Shown: positions 1-10,677, counted from the first letter of the stretch. The stretch: 64,000 nucleotides of DNA from an uncultured delta proteobacterium (GCA_963727485.1 CAVSGM010000002.1:1216001-1280000), one strand, 5' to 3'. Program-made: numbers and translations. Notes: a model not told the origin generated them from the sequence alone.

Positions 1-767
1 AGGAGCTCGGGGTCCTGGCTGGGGAAGTTGCCGGTGCCGTAGGTCTCCAGGACCACCGCCTCGGTGGGCGGGGCCAGCAGCCGCCGGAGGAGCGCCGCGG
101 AGATCCCGGGGAAGAGCCGCACCGCCGCGACCTCCGGGTGCCGGGTGAGGCCGACGTCCTTGGGGAGCCCCTGGCCCTTCGGCCGCACCAGGCGCCGGTG
201 CACCCGGATCTCGGCGCCGACGGTGGCCAGCGGCGGGAGGTTCCCGCTCTCGAAGGCCACGAACTCCTCGCTGCGGATCTTCTGGGCCCGGTTCCCGCGC
301 AGCAGCTGGCTGCCAAAGTAGATGCCCACCTCGGGCAGATCGGCGCGGGCGGCCAGCAGCAGGCTGGTGATCACGTGCTCCCTTCCGTCGGAGCGCACGT
401 GGGTGAGCGAGAGCTGGGAGCCGGTGAGGATGACCGGTTTGTCGAGACCGGTCAGCAGGAACGAGAGCGCCGAGGCGGTGTAGGCCATGGTGTCGGTGCC
501 GTGGACGACGACGAAGCCGTCGAACTCGCCGGCGCGGGCGACGATGGCCTCGGCGATGCGCACCCAGTCCCGGGGCCGCAGGTCCGCCGAGTCGAGGAGC
601 GGCGCCAGGGGGACCACCGTCCACCTTGGCAGATCGTCCCGGCGCAGCTCGGGCATCTGCGCCAGGTAGCCCTCGAGGAAGCCCGCCTGGGGCGTAAGGC
701 CGGTGTCGGTGCGCACCATCCCGATGGTGCCGCCGACGTGGAGGATGCAGACGTTCGGGCGGGGCAT
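1..767 (-). CDS. ansA: L-asparaginase type I (runs off the left edge)
   Basis: Manual minus-strand translation gives MPRPNVCILHVGGTIGM...DGFVVVHGTDTMAYTASALSF...KPVILTGSQ, with both catalytic Thr motifs (GGTI, HGTDT). An alternative in-frame ATG lies at 794. Absent from the ORF track because it has no stop inside the window. Confidence 0.92.
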   Translation of the reverse strand, partial: MPRPNVCILHVGGTIGMVRTDTGLTPQAGFLEGYLAQMPELRRDDLPRWTVVPLAPLLDSADLRPRDWVRIAEAIVARAGEFDGFVVVHGTDTMAYTASALSFLLTGLDKPVILTGSQLSLTHVRSDGREHVITSLLLAARADLPEVGIYFGSQLLRGNRAQKIRSEEFVAFESGNLPPLATVGAEIRVHRRLVRPKGQGLPKDVGLTRHPEVAAVRLFPGISAALLRRLLAPPTEAVVLETYGTGNFPSQDPEL

Positions 768-834
768 GGCGCCGGTGTACGCCACCGCGTGCATGGCTTC
801 AACCGGGCGGGACCGGGCGCCGGGCCGGGTGCGC

Positions 835-1551
835 CTACCCCCGCCTGTCGATGGACCCGAGCATCCCCGCGTGGGCGTCCAGGGCGCTGACCGTCCCGGC
901 CCAGTCGATGCTCCCCACGCCGTTGACCCGGAGCCGCGCCCGGCCCCCACCGAGGGTCAGGTGGGCCGCCCCGGCGCCGTCCACGGTGACCTCGGCGTCG
1001 GTGGCCGTGAGGCCCTCGGCGTCGACGCCGCCGGTCCCGTTGAGGGCCACCGTGAGCCGCGCGGCCTTGCCGGCGAGGACGATGTCCGCGGCGCCGTCGA
1101 GCTCGACCTTCAGCCGGCCGGCGGTGCCCGTGTAGTGCACCGAGCCGGCGCCGTTGACCCGGAGCTTCAGGTCGTGGACCGCCTTGCCGCCGTGGATGGT
1201 CACCTGGGCGGCGGAGTCGATGGTGAGGGCCTCGAGCCGCTTCACCGTGCAGGTGAGGCCGGCGCCCCGGTGGAGGTTCACCCCGTGGTGGGGCCCGATG
1301 ACGGTGAGGGTGCCACCGTCGACCTCGGTCTTCACCAGCGCCTGGAGGTTGTCGTCGACGGTGAGGCTGCAGGCGGTGTGGTCGCCCTCGGTGAAGGTGG
1401 CGTCCACCGGGAAGACCAGGCGCACCCGGGTGAAGTCCGCAACCTTGCGGGCCTCGGTGGTGCGGTGCCCGCTGCCGGTGACCGAGGCGTGGGCGGGCGC
1501 GGCGACGGCGAGGCAGGCGAGGAGGGCGAGACCGAAGAGCGAGCGGGACAT
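835..1551 (-). CDS. Secreted head GIN (DUF2807-like) domain protein
   Basis: Signal peptide, then VTGSG..TTEARKVADFTRVRL, TVDDNLQALVKTEVDGGTLTV and repeated beta-helix units such as V.VNGAGSV. Confidence 0.8.
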   Translation of the reverse strand: MSRSLFGLALLACLAVAAPAHASVTGSGHRTTEARKVADFTRVRLVFPVDATFTEGDHTACSLTVDDNLQALVKTEVDGGTLTVIGPHHGVNLHRGAGLTCTVKRLEALTIDSAAQVTIHGGKAVHDLKLRVNGAGSVHYTGTAGRLKVELDGAADIVLAGKAARLTVALNGTGGVDAEGLTATDAEVTVDGAGAAHLTLGGGRARLRVNGVGSIDWAGTVSALDAHAGMLGSIDRRG

Positions 1552-1617
1552 GGCGAGGCTCCTCCGGGCGGGACGCCCGGGCAGGCGGAAGCAAGCGGGC
1601 CGGCGCGACGCCGGCCG

Positions 1618-2362
1618 TCAGGAACGATGGGTGACCGAGCCGGACCCGGAGACCGAGACGTCCTCGATTCTGGGTGTGCCCGGTCCAGCTGACGTCGCCG
1701 GAGCCCGAGGTGTGGAAGCTCGAGCGGCCGCCCTCGAGGTGGAGGTGCACGTCGCCGGAGCCGGAGGTGGCCACGTCGGCGCCCTTTGCGACGAGGTGCC
1801 CGCCGTCCACGTCCCCGGAGCCGGAGGTGGCGATGGTGAGATGCCCGGCGGCACCGCGGAGGGTGGCGTCGCCGGAGCCCGAGAGGTTCACGTCGAGGTC
1901 GCCTGCGGCGCCGGCGGTGAGATCGAGCGCGCCGCTCCCGGAGCTGGTCAGCGACAACGGCGCGCCCGCGGAGCCCACCTCGACGGTGGCGTCCCCGGAG
2001 CCGCTGGTGACGAGGCCCCGGAGCTTCGGCAGGGTGACGACCGCCTTCGAGCCCCGGGAGAAGCCCAGGCTCCCCTGGCGGGTGCCGAGGACCAGGGTCT
2101 GGCCGTGGACCTCGGCGGTGACGTAGCCCTGGAGGTTCTCGTCGGCGGTCACCTGGCAGGAGAACGCCGGGCCCTCGCGGACGTCGGCGTCGAGGCCGCC
2201 GTCGAGGCGCACCCGGGTGAAGCCCGTCACCTGCCGGGTGGTGGTGGTGAGCTGGCCGTTGCCGGGGATGGCGTTGGCGATGACGATGACGCAGCCGGGG
2301 GTCGCCGAGAGGGCGAGACCGGCGACGGCCACGAGGACGAAGGTGAGGGCCCGGCGGATCAT
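1618..2362 (-). CDS. Second head GIN (DUF2807-like) protein, probable lipoprotein; one-base frameshift near 1680
   Basis: GNGQLTTTTRQVTGFTRVRLDGG, TADENLQGYV and tandem xxSGSGD repeats. The expected C-terminus (GTPRIEDVSVSGSGSVTHRS*) is in another frame after an extra G. Confidence 0.8.
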
Positions 2363-2592
2363 CGGTCACCTCCCGCCTGGTGCCGCCACAGCGGCTTGGA
2401 ATGAAAGGGGAATCCGGATGGGACGCGGCGCATGGCGAGGCTCCTGTCCCGGTGCCCTACGCGCCGGAACCCGGGCCATTTCACGGCGCCTCGCCCGGGG
2501 CCGGGGGACGCATGAGGGATCCCCCTGCTACCCTGGGGGCCGGCGCCGCCCTATCTCGGGCGCCACGGGCCCGTCCCGGGGGAGGTCACAAG

Positions 2593-4351
2593 ATGGTGCG
2601 GCACGGTCTCATCGGATTGCTCTGCGTGCTCCTGGTCACCGGCTGCGCCACGAGCGTGCCCCCGGCCGCCGGGGACGGAGGCGGCGTGACCGACGCAGGC
2701 CGCCAGGATGGCGGGGTCACCGACGCCGGCGTGACCGACGGCGGGACACCCGACGCGGGCACCCCCGACGCCGGCGTGACCGACGGCGGGGCGACCGACG
2801 CGGGCACTCCCGACGCCGGCGTGACCGACGGCGGGGCGACCGACGCGGGCACCCCCGACGCCGGTGTGACCGACGGCGGGACGACGGACGCAGGCACCCC
2901 CGACGCCGGCGCCCCCGACGGCGGCACGACCGGCGCCGCCACCTCGGTCCTCGAGCACCACAACGACCCGGCGCGCGACGGGGTCTACGTGGTCCAGAGC
3001 CTCACCCACGCCGTCGCCGGCACCCTCCACCTCGACGCCGCCTTCCACGCCACCGTCACAGGGCGACGTCCGGGCCCAGCCCCTCTACCTCACCGCCGCC
3101 AGCGGGAGCGGCGGCCCGGACCTCCTGCTGGTCGCCACCGAGGAGAACGTGGTCTACGGCCTCAACGCCGCCACCGGGACGGTGGTCTGGTCGAAGACCC
3201 TGGGCGCCCCCACCCCGCGCAGCGACCTCCCCTGCGGGAACATCGACCCCCTGGGCGTCACCGGCACCCCCATCGTCGACCCCGCCACCCGGACCCTCTA
3301 CCTCGACGGGATGATCGACGTCTCGGGCGTCCCCCACCACCGGGTCTTCGCCCTCGACGCCGACACCGGCGCCATCCGGGCCGGCTGGCCGGTGGACGTG
3401 GACACCGCGGTCAGCGGCTTCAGCTCCCCGGTCCAGAACGAGCGCGGGGCCCTGGCGCTGCTCGGCGGCGTCGTCTACGTGCCCTACGGCGGCCACTACG
3501 GCGACTGCGGCGACTACCACGGCTGGGTGGTGGGCATCTCCACGAGCGACCCCACCCAGGTCAAGGCCTGGGCCACCCCCGCCCGGGGCGGCGGGATGTG
3601 GGCGGTGGGCGGCATCGCCGTGGGCGGGACGCACCTCTACGCGGCCACCGGCAACACCTTCGGCGTGACCACCTGGTCCGGGGGCGAGGCCATCCTCCGC
3701 CTCGGCGCCGGCCCCACCTTCGGGAACACCGCCGCCGACTACTTCGCCCCCACCAACTGGCACCAGCTCGACTCGGGCGACGTGGACATCGGCGGCTCGG
3801 GCCCGGTGCTCTTCGACGACCCCGCCTCGACCCCCAGCCACCTCACCATCGCCCTGGGGAAGAACGGCGTGGCCTACCTCCTCGACCGGGACGCCCTCGG
3901 GGGCGTCGGCGGCGAGCTCGCCCAGAAGACCGTGGCCAGCGACCAGATCATCCAGGCCGCCACCGCCTACCACACCGCCCAGGGCACCTACGTCGCCTTC
4001 CGGGGCACCGGCGTCGGCTGCCCGGGCGGCCAGTACGGGAGCCTCACGGCCCTGAAGATCGCCTCCGGGAGCCCGCCGTCGTTCAACGTGGCCTGGTGCG
4101 CGCCGTCCGGGGGCCGGGGCTCGCCGATCTTCACCACCACCGGCGGCGGCGCCGATCCCATCGTGTGGATTGTCGGCGCCGAGGGCGACGAGCGCCTCCA
4201 CGGCTACGACGGCGACACCGGCGCGGTGGTCTACGACGGCGGCGGGGCCGGCGACGCCATGGGCACCGTGCACCGGTTCCAGACCCCCATCGTCGCCGGG
4301 GGGCGGATCTACGTGGGGGGCAACGGCGCGGTCTACGCCTTCCGGCCGTGA
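2593..4351 (+). CDS. Lipoprotein with DAG/DGG repeat linker and PQQ-like beta-propeller domain; frameshift near 3060
   Basis: Lipobox LVTGC, then SVLEHHNDPARDG. Removing one G at about 3061 gives TVTGDVRAQPLYL...LLVATEENVVYGLNAATGTVVWS, joining ORFs 2380..4425 and 3149..4351. Confidence 0.72.
2731..2910 (+). repeat. Four tandem 45-bp coding repeats (VTDGG(A/T)(T/P)DAGTPDAG)
   Basis: Units begin gtgaccgacggcggg at 2731, 2776, 2821 and 2866. Confidence 0.9.
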
Positions 4352-4394
4352 GCCGGAGGGCGCCCGCGGCCACGGCGGCAAGGGGCGCGGGCGA

Positions 4395-5423
4395 TCACGG
4401 CTGCGGCGGGTCCTGCTTCAGGTAGTCCACCGCCGCGGCGAGCTCGTTGGGCGTGAGGTAGGGGAGCACCGGCATCTTCCAGCCGCCCGGGGGGCCCATC
4501 ATCCCGTGGCCGCCCCTCATGCCCCGGCCGCGGCCCATCATGCCGCGTCCGCCCATCCTCCCCCGGCCGCCCCGGCCCCGGCCGCCGCCCATCCTCCCCG
4601 CCGGGATCCCCGAGCGGACCTTCTCCACCACCTGGCGCAGATCGTAGTCGCGGGCGAAGCTCGCAAGCGACGGCACCCCGCCGCCCATCGCCACCCCGTG
4701 GCCCCCGGGGCCGGTGGCGCCGTGGCAGATGTGGCAGGTGCCCTTCACCAGGTGCTCGCCCACGCGCACCGGGGGCTCGGAGAGGGTCACGGGCATCCGC
4801 GACACCGGCCCCACCAGGCGCTGGAGGTGATCGATGAGGGCGTCGACCTCGGCCTGGTCGAGGTGGGCGAAGGCGGGCATCCGCTTGCCCCCGTCGTGGA
4901 GGCGCTTGACGATGATCGCCCGGGCCTGGTCGGCCATCTGCTGGTACATGGCGTCGGGGAGGGTGTGGCCCGACTTCGCCAGGCGCTGCTTCATCAGCTC
5001 GGGCCGGGTCGCCTCCACCGGGCCGATGAGCGAGTTGATCCCCGCGCCGGGCGCCCCCTTGCCGTCGGGGCCGTGGCAGCCCTGGCAGTCGATCCGGTAG
5101 AGGTCGGCGCCGGTGATCCGGAACGGGCCGGCCAGGGGCTCCCGGGGGGCGACCGCCGCCGGCGGAGGCGCCTCACCGCCCTGGCGGCCCAGCGGGGTGG
5201 TGGCCACGTCCTCCTTCAGGTGCGCCACCCAGCTCGGGCCCTTCGCCGGGGTGACCCCGTCGAGGCCGATCGAGAGGGTCTTGGCCGCCATCCCCGGCAC
5301 CACCTCGGTCTTCGCCGGGGGCGGCGGCACCGTCCCGTGGGCGCCCTCGACCGCCGCCCAGACGATCGCCCCCACCGCCAAGAGCGCCACCCCCGCCACC
5401 GTCGCCCACATCAGCCGCCCCAT
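4395..5423 (-). CDS. Dihaem c-type cytochrome with N-terminal membrane anchor
   Basis: Two CxxCH motifs (CQGCH, CHICH), each followed by a distal-Met motif (RMPAF, KMPVL). AGGAGG RBS precedes the ATG at 5423. Confidence 0.85.
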   Translation of the reverse strand: MGRLMWATVAGVALLAVGAIVWAAVEGAHGTVPPPPAKTEVVPGMAAKTLSIGLDGVTPAKGPSWVAHLKEDVATTPLGRQGGEAPPPAAVAPREPLAGPFRITGADLYRIDCQGCHGPDGKGAPGAGINSLIGPVEATRPELMKQRLAKSGHTLPDAMYQQMADQARAIIVKRLHDGGKRMPAFAHLDQAEVDALIDHLQRLVGPVSRMPVTLSEPPVRVGEHLVKGTCHICHGATGPGGHGVAMGGGVPSLASFARDYDLRQVVEKVRSGIPAGRMGGGRGRGGRGRMGGRGMMGRGRGMRGGHGMMGPPGGWKMPVLPYLTPNELAAAVDYLKQDPPQP

Positions 5424-5521
5424 GGGAACCTCCTGCATCGCTCGCACCTCCTCGGGCGCGAACCTAGGCGAGCCGCCGTCCCGGGCAAGCCGACCGGCGG
5501 CCTGTGATAGAGGGAGGAGTC

Positions 5522-6987
5522 ATGGATGTCCTCCGGTTCTTCGTCAATGATCTGCCTGTGGAAGTGCGCGGGCTCTCGCCCAACACCACCCTCCTGGAGT
5601 GGCTGCGGCGCGACGCGAGGCTCACCGGCACCAAGGAGGGCTGCGCCGAGGGGGACTGCGGCGCCTGCACCGTCCTCCTCCTCGACCCGGGCGCCGAGGG
5701 CGGCCCGAAGCTCCGGGCGGTGAACAGCTGCCTGGTGCTCCTGCCCATGGTCGCCGGGCGGCGGATCTGGACCGTGGAGGGCCTCGCCGAGGCCCGGGGC
5801 GACGCCCACCCGGCGCAGCAGGCGATGGTCGAGGCGCTGGGCTCCCAGTGCGGCTACTGCACCCCGGGCGTGGTGATGTCCCTGGCCGAGGCCTGCCACC
5901 GCGACGACCTCGACGCCGAGTGGAAGCTCGAGGACCAGCTCGCGGGGAACCTCTGCCGCTGCACCGGCTACCGGCCCATCCGCGACGCCGCCCAGGAGGT
6001 CGCCGGCACCCGCCCCGACGACGCGTTGGCCCGGGCGCTCGCCGAGGCCCCCGACGACCCCCGCCCCGCCGGCTACCTCGAAGGCGACGACCGCTTCTTC
6101 CTCCCCGAGACCTTCGAGGCCCTCTTCGACCACCTCGAGGCCGACCCCGAGGCGCGCCTGGTCGCCGGCGGCACCGATCTCTCCCTGGAGATCACCAAGG
6201 CCCATCGGCACCTGCCGGCCCTGGTCTCGGTGGAGGCGCTGCCCTCGCTCCGGGAGATCCTGGTCGCCGAGGCCGAGACCCGCTTCGGCGCCGCCCTCCC
6301 GCTCACCGACCTCGAGGCCGCCACCGCCGAGCGCTTCCCCCCATCCACCGGATGCTCCGCTTCTTCGGGGCGCGGCAGATCAAGCACCGGGCGACGATCG
6401 GCGGGAACCTCGCGAACGCCTCGCCCATCGGCGATCTGGCCCCGGTGCTCCTGGCGCTGGGCGCCACCTGTGTGATCCGCGGCCGCGCCGGGCGCCGGGA
6501 GGTGCCCCTGGACCAGTTCTTCCTCGGGTACCGCAAGACCGCCCTCGAGGCCGCCGAGATCCTGGAGGCGGTGCGGGTCCCGACGATCCCCGGCAGCGCC
6601 CGGGCCGCCGCCTACAAGGTGAGCAAGCGCCGGGAGCTCGACATCTCGGCGGTGGCCCTCGGCGCCTACGTGGAGGTGGACGACGCCGGGATCATCACCG
6701 TGGCCCGCCTGGGCTTCGGGGGCCTGGCGGCGACGCCGAAGCGCGCGGCCCACGCCGAGCAGGCCCTGCTGGGGAGCCCCGTCGCCGACCCCGAGAGCTT
6801 CGAGGCCGCCGCCGCGGCCCTGGCCCAGGACTTCGCCCCCATCGACGACCACCGGGCCAGCGCCTGGTACCGGGGCACCGTCGCCGCGAATCTCCTCCGG
6901 GGCTTCGGCCTGGAGATCGCCGAGGCGCGCCTCCCGGAGCTGCCCGGGCGCCCCACGGCCACCGTCCGCCCGGAGGGGATCTCGTGA
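5522..6987 (+). CDS. xdhA: Xanthine dehydrogenase small subunit (2Fe-2S + FAD); frameshift in the C6 run 6337-6342
   Basis: GTKEGCAEGDCGACT, SQCGYCTPG, GNLCRCTGY, AGGTD. After adding one C it continues with RFFGARQIKHRATIGGNLANASPIGD and YKVSKRRELDIS. Confidence 0.92.
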
Positions 6988-9368
6988 GCCGCAAGACGCC
7001 CCTTGGCGCCGCCCTCACCCACGAGAGCGGCCTCCTCCACGTCACCGGCGCCGCCCGCTACGTCGACGACCTCCCCGAGCCCGCGGGCCTCCTCTTCGGC
7101 CACCCGGTGGTCAGCCCGGTGGCCCACGGGCGCCTCGACGGCGTCGACGCCGCCGCCGCCCTGTCGATGCCCGGGGTCCACGCGGTGCTCACCGCCGCCG
7201 ACGTCCCCGGGGTCAACGACGTCTCCCCCACCTCCGGGGACGAGCCGCTCTTCGCCGAGGACGAGGTCCACTGCGTGGGCCAGGTGGTGGCGCTGGTGGT
7301 CGCCGACTCGCCGGCCCGGGCCCGGGAGGCGGCGGCGGCGGTCGCCCTCTCGATCACCGAGCTGCCGGCGATCCTCGACCTCCCCGCGGCCATCGCCGCC
7401 GGGAGCTTCCTCTGCGATCCCCAGATCATCACCCGGGGCGACCCCGAGGGCGCCCTGGCCCGGGCGCCGGTGGTCGTCGAGGGCGAGCTCGAGACCCCGG
7501 GCCAGGACCACTTCTACCTGGAGACCCAGGCGTCGCTGGTGGTCCCCGGCGAGGGTCGGAGCCTCGAGGTCTTCTCGTCGACCCAGCACCCCTCGGAGGT
7601 CCAGGGCGCGGTCGCCGAGGTCTGTGGCCTCGGCAGGCACCAGGTGGTGTGCACCTGCCCCCGGATGGGCGGGGGCTTCGGGGGCAAGGAGACCCAGGCG
7701 GCGCCCCCGGCGTGCCTTTCGGCCCTGGCCGCCCTCCACACCGGCCGCCCGGTGAAGATCCGCTACGACCGCGACCAGGACATGACCCAGACCGGCGGCC
7801 GCCACCCCTGGTGGTCCCGGTACCGGGCGGGCTTCGACGAGGCGGGCCACCTCCTCGCCCTCGAGGTCCACACGGTGTCCAACGGCGGGTGGAGCGCCGA
7901 CCTCTCCAAGGCGGTCCTCCACCGCTGCCTCTTCCACCTCGACAACGCCTACTACCTCCCCGAGGTCCACCTCGAGGGCCGGGTGGCGCGGACCAACCTG
8001 CGCAGCAACACCGCCTTCCGGGGCTTCGGCGGGCCCCAGGGGATGGCGGTGATCGAGGCGGTGATGAACCGCGCCGCCGAGCGCCTCCAGCTCGACCCCG
8101 CCGAGCTCCGCCGCCGCAACTACTACGGCGCCGCGCCGAGGAACCGCACCCCCTACGGCCAGGAGGTGGTCCTCGCCGACAACCGCCTGGCTCGGATCAC
8201 CGCGCACCTGCTGGAGACCAGCGCCTACGCCGAGCGCCGCGCAAAGGTCGACGCCTTCAACCGCGCCCACCGGTGGACGAGGCGGGGCCTGGGGTTCCAG
8301 CCGGTGAAGTTCGGGATCTCGTTCACCACCAGCTTCCTCAACCAGGCCGGGGCGTACCTGTTGCTCTACGCCGACGGCACCGTGCAGCTCAACCACGGCG
8401 GCACCGAGATGGGCCAGGGGCTCTACACCAAGATGCAGGCGGTGTGCGCCGCGGGCCTGGGGGTGCCGCTTTCGGCCATCCGCCACATGCCCACCGCCAC
8501 CGACAAGGTGCCCAACACCTCGGCGACCGCCGCCTCGAGCGGCGCCGACCTCAACGGCCAGGCGGTGGCCGACGCCGCCGCCAAGCTGCAGGGGCGCCTG
8601 CGCCCGGTGGCCGCCGAGCTGCTCGGGCTCTCGGCCGACGCCGCCGACCGGGTGGTCTTCGAGGACGGCCGGGTCTTCGTCGAGGGCGGCGCCGAGACGA
8701 CCTTCGCCGAGGTCTGCGGGAAGGCGTACCTCGACCAGGTGCCCCTCTCGGCCACCGGCTACTACCGCACCCCGGGCATCCACTACGACGAGGCCGCCGG
8801 CCAGGGCGAACCGTTCCACTACTTCGCCTACGGCGCCGCGGTGATCGAGGTCGAGGTGAGCGGGCTCACCGGCGAGCACCGGCTCCGGCGCGTGGACATC
8901 CTCCACGACGTGGGCGAGAGCCTGGTGCCCACCGTCGACCGGGGGCAGATCGAGGGCGGCTTCGTCCAGGGCCTCGGCTGGCTCACCGTCGAGGAGCTCA
9001 AGTGGGACGACGCCGGGCGCCTGCTCACCCACGGGCCCTCGACCTACAAGGTGCCGGCGGTGGGCGAGGCGCCGCTCGACCTCCGGGTGCAGCTTCTGCC
9101 CCAGGCGGCGCAGCCCGGGGTGATCCACGGGAGCAAGGCGGTGGGCGAGCCGCCGTTCATGCTCGCCCTGGGGGCGGTGACCGCCCTGCGCCACGCGGTG
9201 GGGAGCTTCGGGGCCCCGGGGCAGGAGGTGCCGCTTTCGGTGCCCGCGACCCCGGAGGCGGTGCTCCGGGCGGTGGAGGCGCTGCGCTCGGGGGCCGCCG
9301 ATCGAGCCCCGGGCGAGGGGGTCGACCCGGTCGCTGGCCCGGGCGATGGGGACCAGGTTGGCACATGA
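6984..9368 (+). CDS. xdhB: Xanthine dehydrogenase molybdopterin-binding subunit
   Basis: QDHFYLETQ, RMGGGFGGKETQ, TAFRGFGGPQG, GGTEMGQGL, SKAVGEPP. Start overlaps the xdhA stop (GTGA). Confidence 0.95.
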   Translation: MSRKTPLGAALTHESGLLHVTGAARYVDDLPEPAGLLFGHPVVSPVAHGRLDGVDAAAALSMPGVHAVLTAADVPGVNDVSPTSGDEPLFAEDEVHCVGQVVALVVADSPARAREAAAAVALSITELPAILDLPAAIAAGSFLCDPQIITRGDPEGALARAPVVVEGELETPGQDHFYLETQASLVVPGEGRSLEVFSSTQHPSEVQGAVAEVCGLGRHQVVCTCPRMGGGFGGKETQAAPPACLSALAALHTGRPVKIRYDRDQDMTQTGGRHPWWSRYRAGFDEAGHLLALEVHTVSNGGWSADLSKAVLHRCLFHLDNAYYLPEVHLEGRVARTNLRSNTAFRGFGGPQGMAVIEAVMNRAAERLQLDPAELRRRNYYGAAPRNRTPYGQEVVLADNRLARITAHLLETSAYAERRAKVDAFNRAHRWTRRGLGFQPVKFGISFTTSFLNQAGAYLLLYADGTVQLNHGGTEMGQGLYTKMQAVCAAGLGVPLSAIRHMPTATDKVPNTSATAASSGADLNGQAVADAAAKLQGRLRPVAAELLGLSADAADRVVFEDGRVFVEGGAETTFAEVCGKAYLDQVPLSATGYYRTPGIHYDEAAGQGEPFHYFAYGAAVIEVEVSGLTGEHRLRRVDILHDVGESLVPTVDRGQIEGGFVQGLGWLTVEELKWDDAGRLLTHGPSTYKVPAVGEAPLDLRVQLLPQAAQPGVIHGSKAVGEPPFMLALGAVTALRHAVGSFGAPGQEVPLSVPATPEAVLRAVEALRSGAADRAPGEGVDPVAGPGDGDQVGT

Positions 9369-9396
9369 GTAGCTGGAAAGTGGGTTTCTTGGCTTT

Positions 9397-9437
9397 TTGA
9401 CCACTTCATGGCTGATTTTCAGCCACCCGGTGGTCAA
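9397..9437. promoter_or_regulatory. 41-bp nested palindrome, probable operator upstream of the AAA/DUF4143 gene
   Basis: TTGACCAC-ttca-TGGCTGA-ttt-TCAGCCA-cccg-GTGGTCAA in a locally AT-rich patch, 8 nt before the ATG at 9446. Confidence 0.65.
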
Positions 9438-9445
9438 CAACAGCC

Positions 9446-9775
9446 ATGGCCCACCGCACCGTCGCCCGGTTGTTGTCGCGACGCCTGGCCCACCTCCTCG
9501 CCCAGGCGCCCGTCGTCGTCCTCACCGGCGCCCGACAGGTCGGGAAGAGCACCCTGGTCCTCGAGACCCCGGAGGGCGAGGTCGCGGGGGTCGAGGTGAA
9601 GGCGGCGGCCACGGTGACCTCGGCGGACTTCAAGGGTCTGCGCTCCCTCGCCGAGGACGTCGGGGACAGACTTCGCGCCGGGATCGTGCTCTACACCGGT
9701 GAAGCGGTCGTGCCCTTCGGCCCCAGGCTCCATGCCGTGCCCCTGTCCCTGCTCTGGGGCGCACCGCCTCCTTGA
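9446..9775 (+). pseudogene. Internally deleted AAA+ ATPase/DUF4143 gene: P-loop N-terminus fused in frame to the PD-(D/E)xK-like C-terminal tail
   Basis: PVVVLTGARQVGKSTLV is joined directly to LETPEGEVAGVEVKAAATVTSADFKGLR...GIVLYTG...AVPLSLLW. The product is 109 aa, whereas this family is typically about 400 aa. Confidence 0.75.
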
Positions 9776-9792
9776 TCCCTAGGGAACCCGCC

Positions 9793-10650
9793 ATGCGCAG
9801 CGGCCGCCCCAGCCAGACCGCGTCGATCATCGCGGTGCTCCGCGCCCTCGCCGACGCCGGGGACATCCCGGTGCCCGGGTTCTCCGATCCCGTGTCCGCC
9901 GGGCTCCTCGGCCCCGGGTGGCGGGGCTTCGGGCGGGTGCTCTCGCGCCGCCTCCGGCGCATGAGGCCGGCGCGGCGGGCAAAGACCCTGGCGCGCCTGT
10001 CGCTGGTGCCCCTGCGGGTGCTCGCCATCGACGCCGAGCTTTTCGAGGCCGTGGCCGCCGGGACCCGCCAGGTGGTGATCCTCGGCGCCGGCCTCGACAC
10101 CCGGGCCTGGCGGATGCCCGCCCTCGATGAGGCCACGGTCTACGAGGTGGACCACCCGGCGAGCCAGCGGTGGAAGCGCGGGCGGGTCGCGCCCCTGGCC
10201 CCCTGCGCCGCGGGCGTGCGCTTCGTCCCCGTGGACTTCGGGACCGATGACCTCGCCACCGCCCTCGACGCCGCCGGCCACGACGCCGCCGCGCCCACCG
10301 TGTGGATCTGGGAGGGCGTGGTCGTCTACCTCAGCGACGCCGCCTTCGACGCGGGCCTCGACGGGATCGCGGCCCGCTCGGCCCCGGGGAGCCGGGCGGT
10401 GATCCAGTACCACGAGCCCGGGCGCCACCGCGGCCAGGACCTGGTGTTCCGGCGGATCATCCTGGGCCTTTTCGGCGAGGCGCAGGTGGGCTTCCGCAGC
10501 CGAAACACCCTGGCCGCCGCCCTCGCCCACCACGGCCTCGAGCTGCTGGGGGACACCGGCGTCGGAGACTGGGCCCGGGCGGTGGGGGCGCCCCCGCCCG
10601 AAGGCGACGAGGCCGAGCGCGCCCGGATCGTCGTCGCCCGGCGCCCCTAG
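9793..10650 (+). CDS. SAM-dependent methyltransferase, leucine carboxyl methyltransferase (LCM)-like
   Basis: QVVILGAGLDTRAWR, VYEVDHP, FVPVDF, TVWIWEGVVVYL. Confidence 0.88.
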   Translation: MRSGRPSQTASIIAVLRALADAGDIPVPGFSDPVSAGLLGPGWRGFGRVLSRRLRRMRPARRAKTLARLSLVPLRVLAIDAELFEAVAAGTRQVVILGAGLDTRAWRMPALDEATVYEVDHPASQRWKRGRVAPLAPCAAGVRFVPVDFGTDDLATALDAAGHDAAAPTVWIWEGVVVYLSDAAFDAGLDGIAARSAPGSRAVIQYHEPGRHRGQDLVFRRIILGLFGEAQVGFRSRNTLAAALAHHGLELLGDTGVGDWARAVGAPPPEGDEAERARIVVARRP

Positions 10651-10677
10651 CGGCGGGATCTTCGGTGCCCGGCGCCC

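Noticed and set aside
2686..2930. Regular repeats that could be mistaken for a CRISPR array
   Set aside because: They are in-frame coding 45-bp tandem units with no unique spacers, and there are no cas genes.
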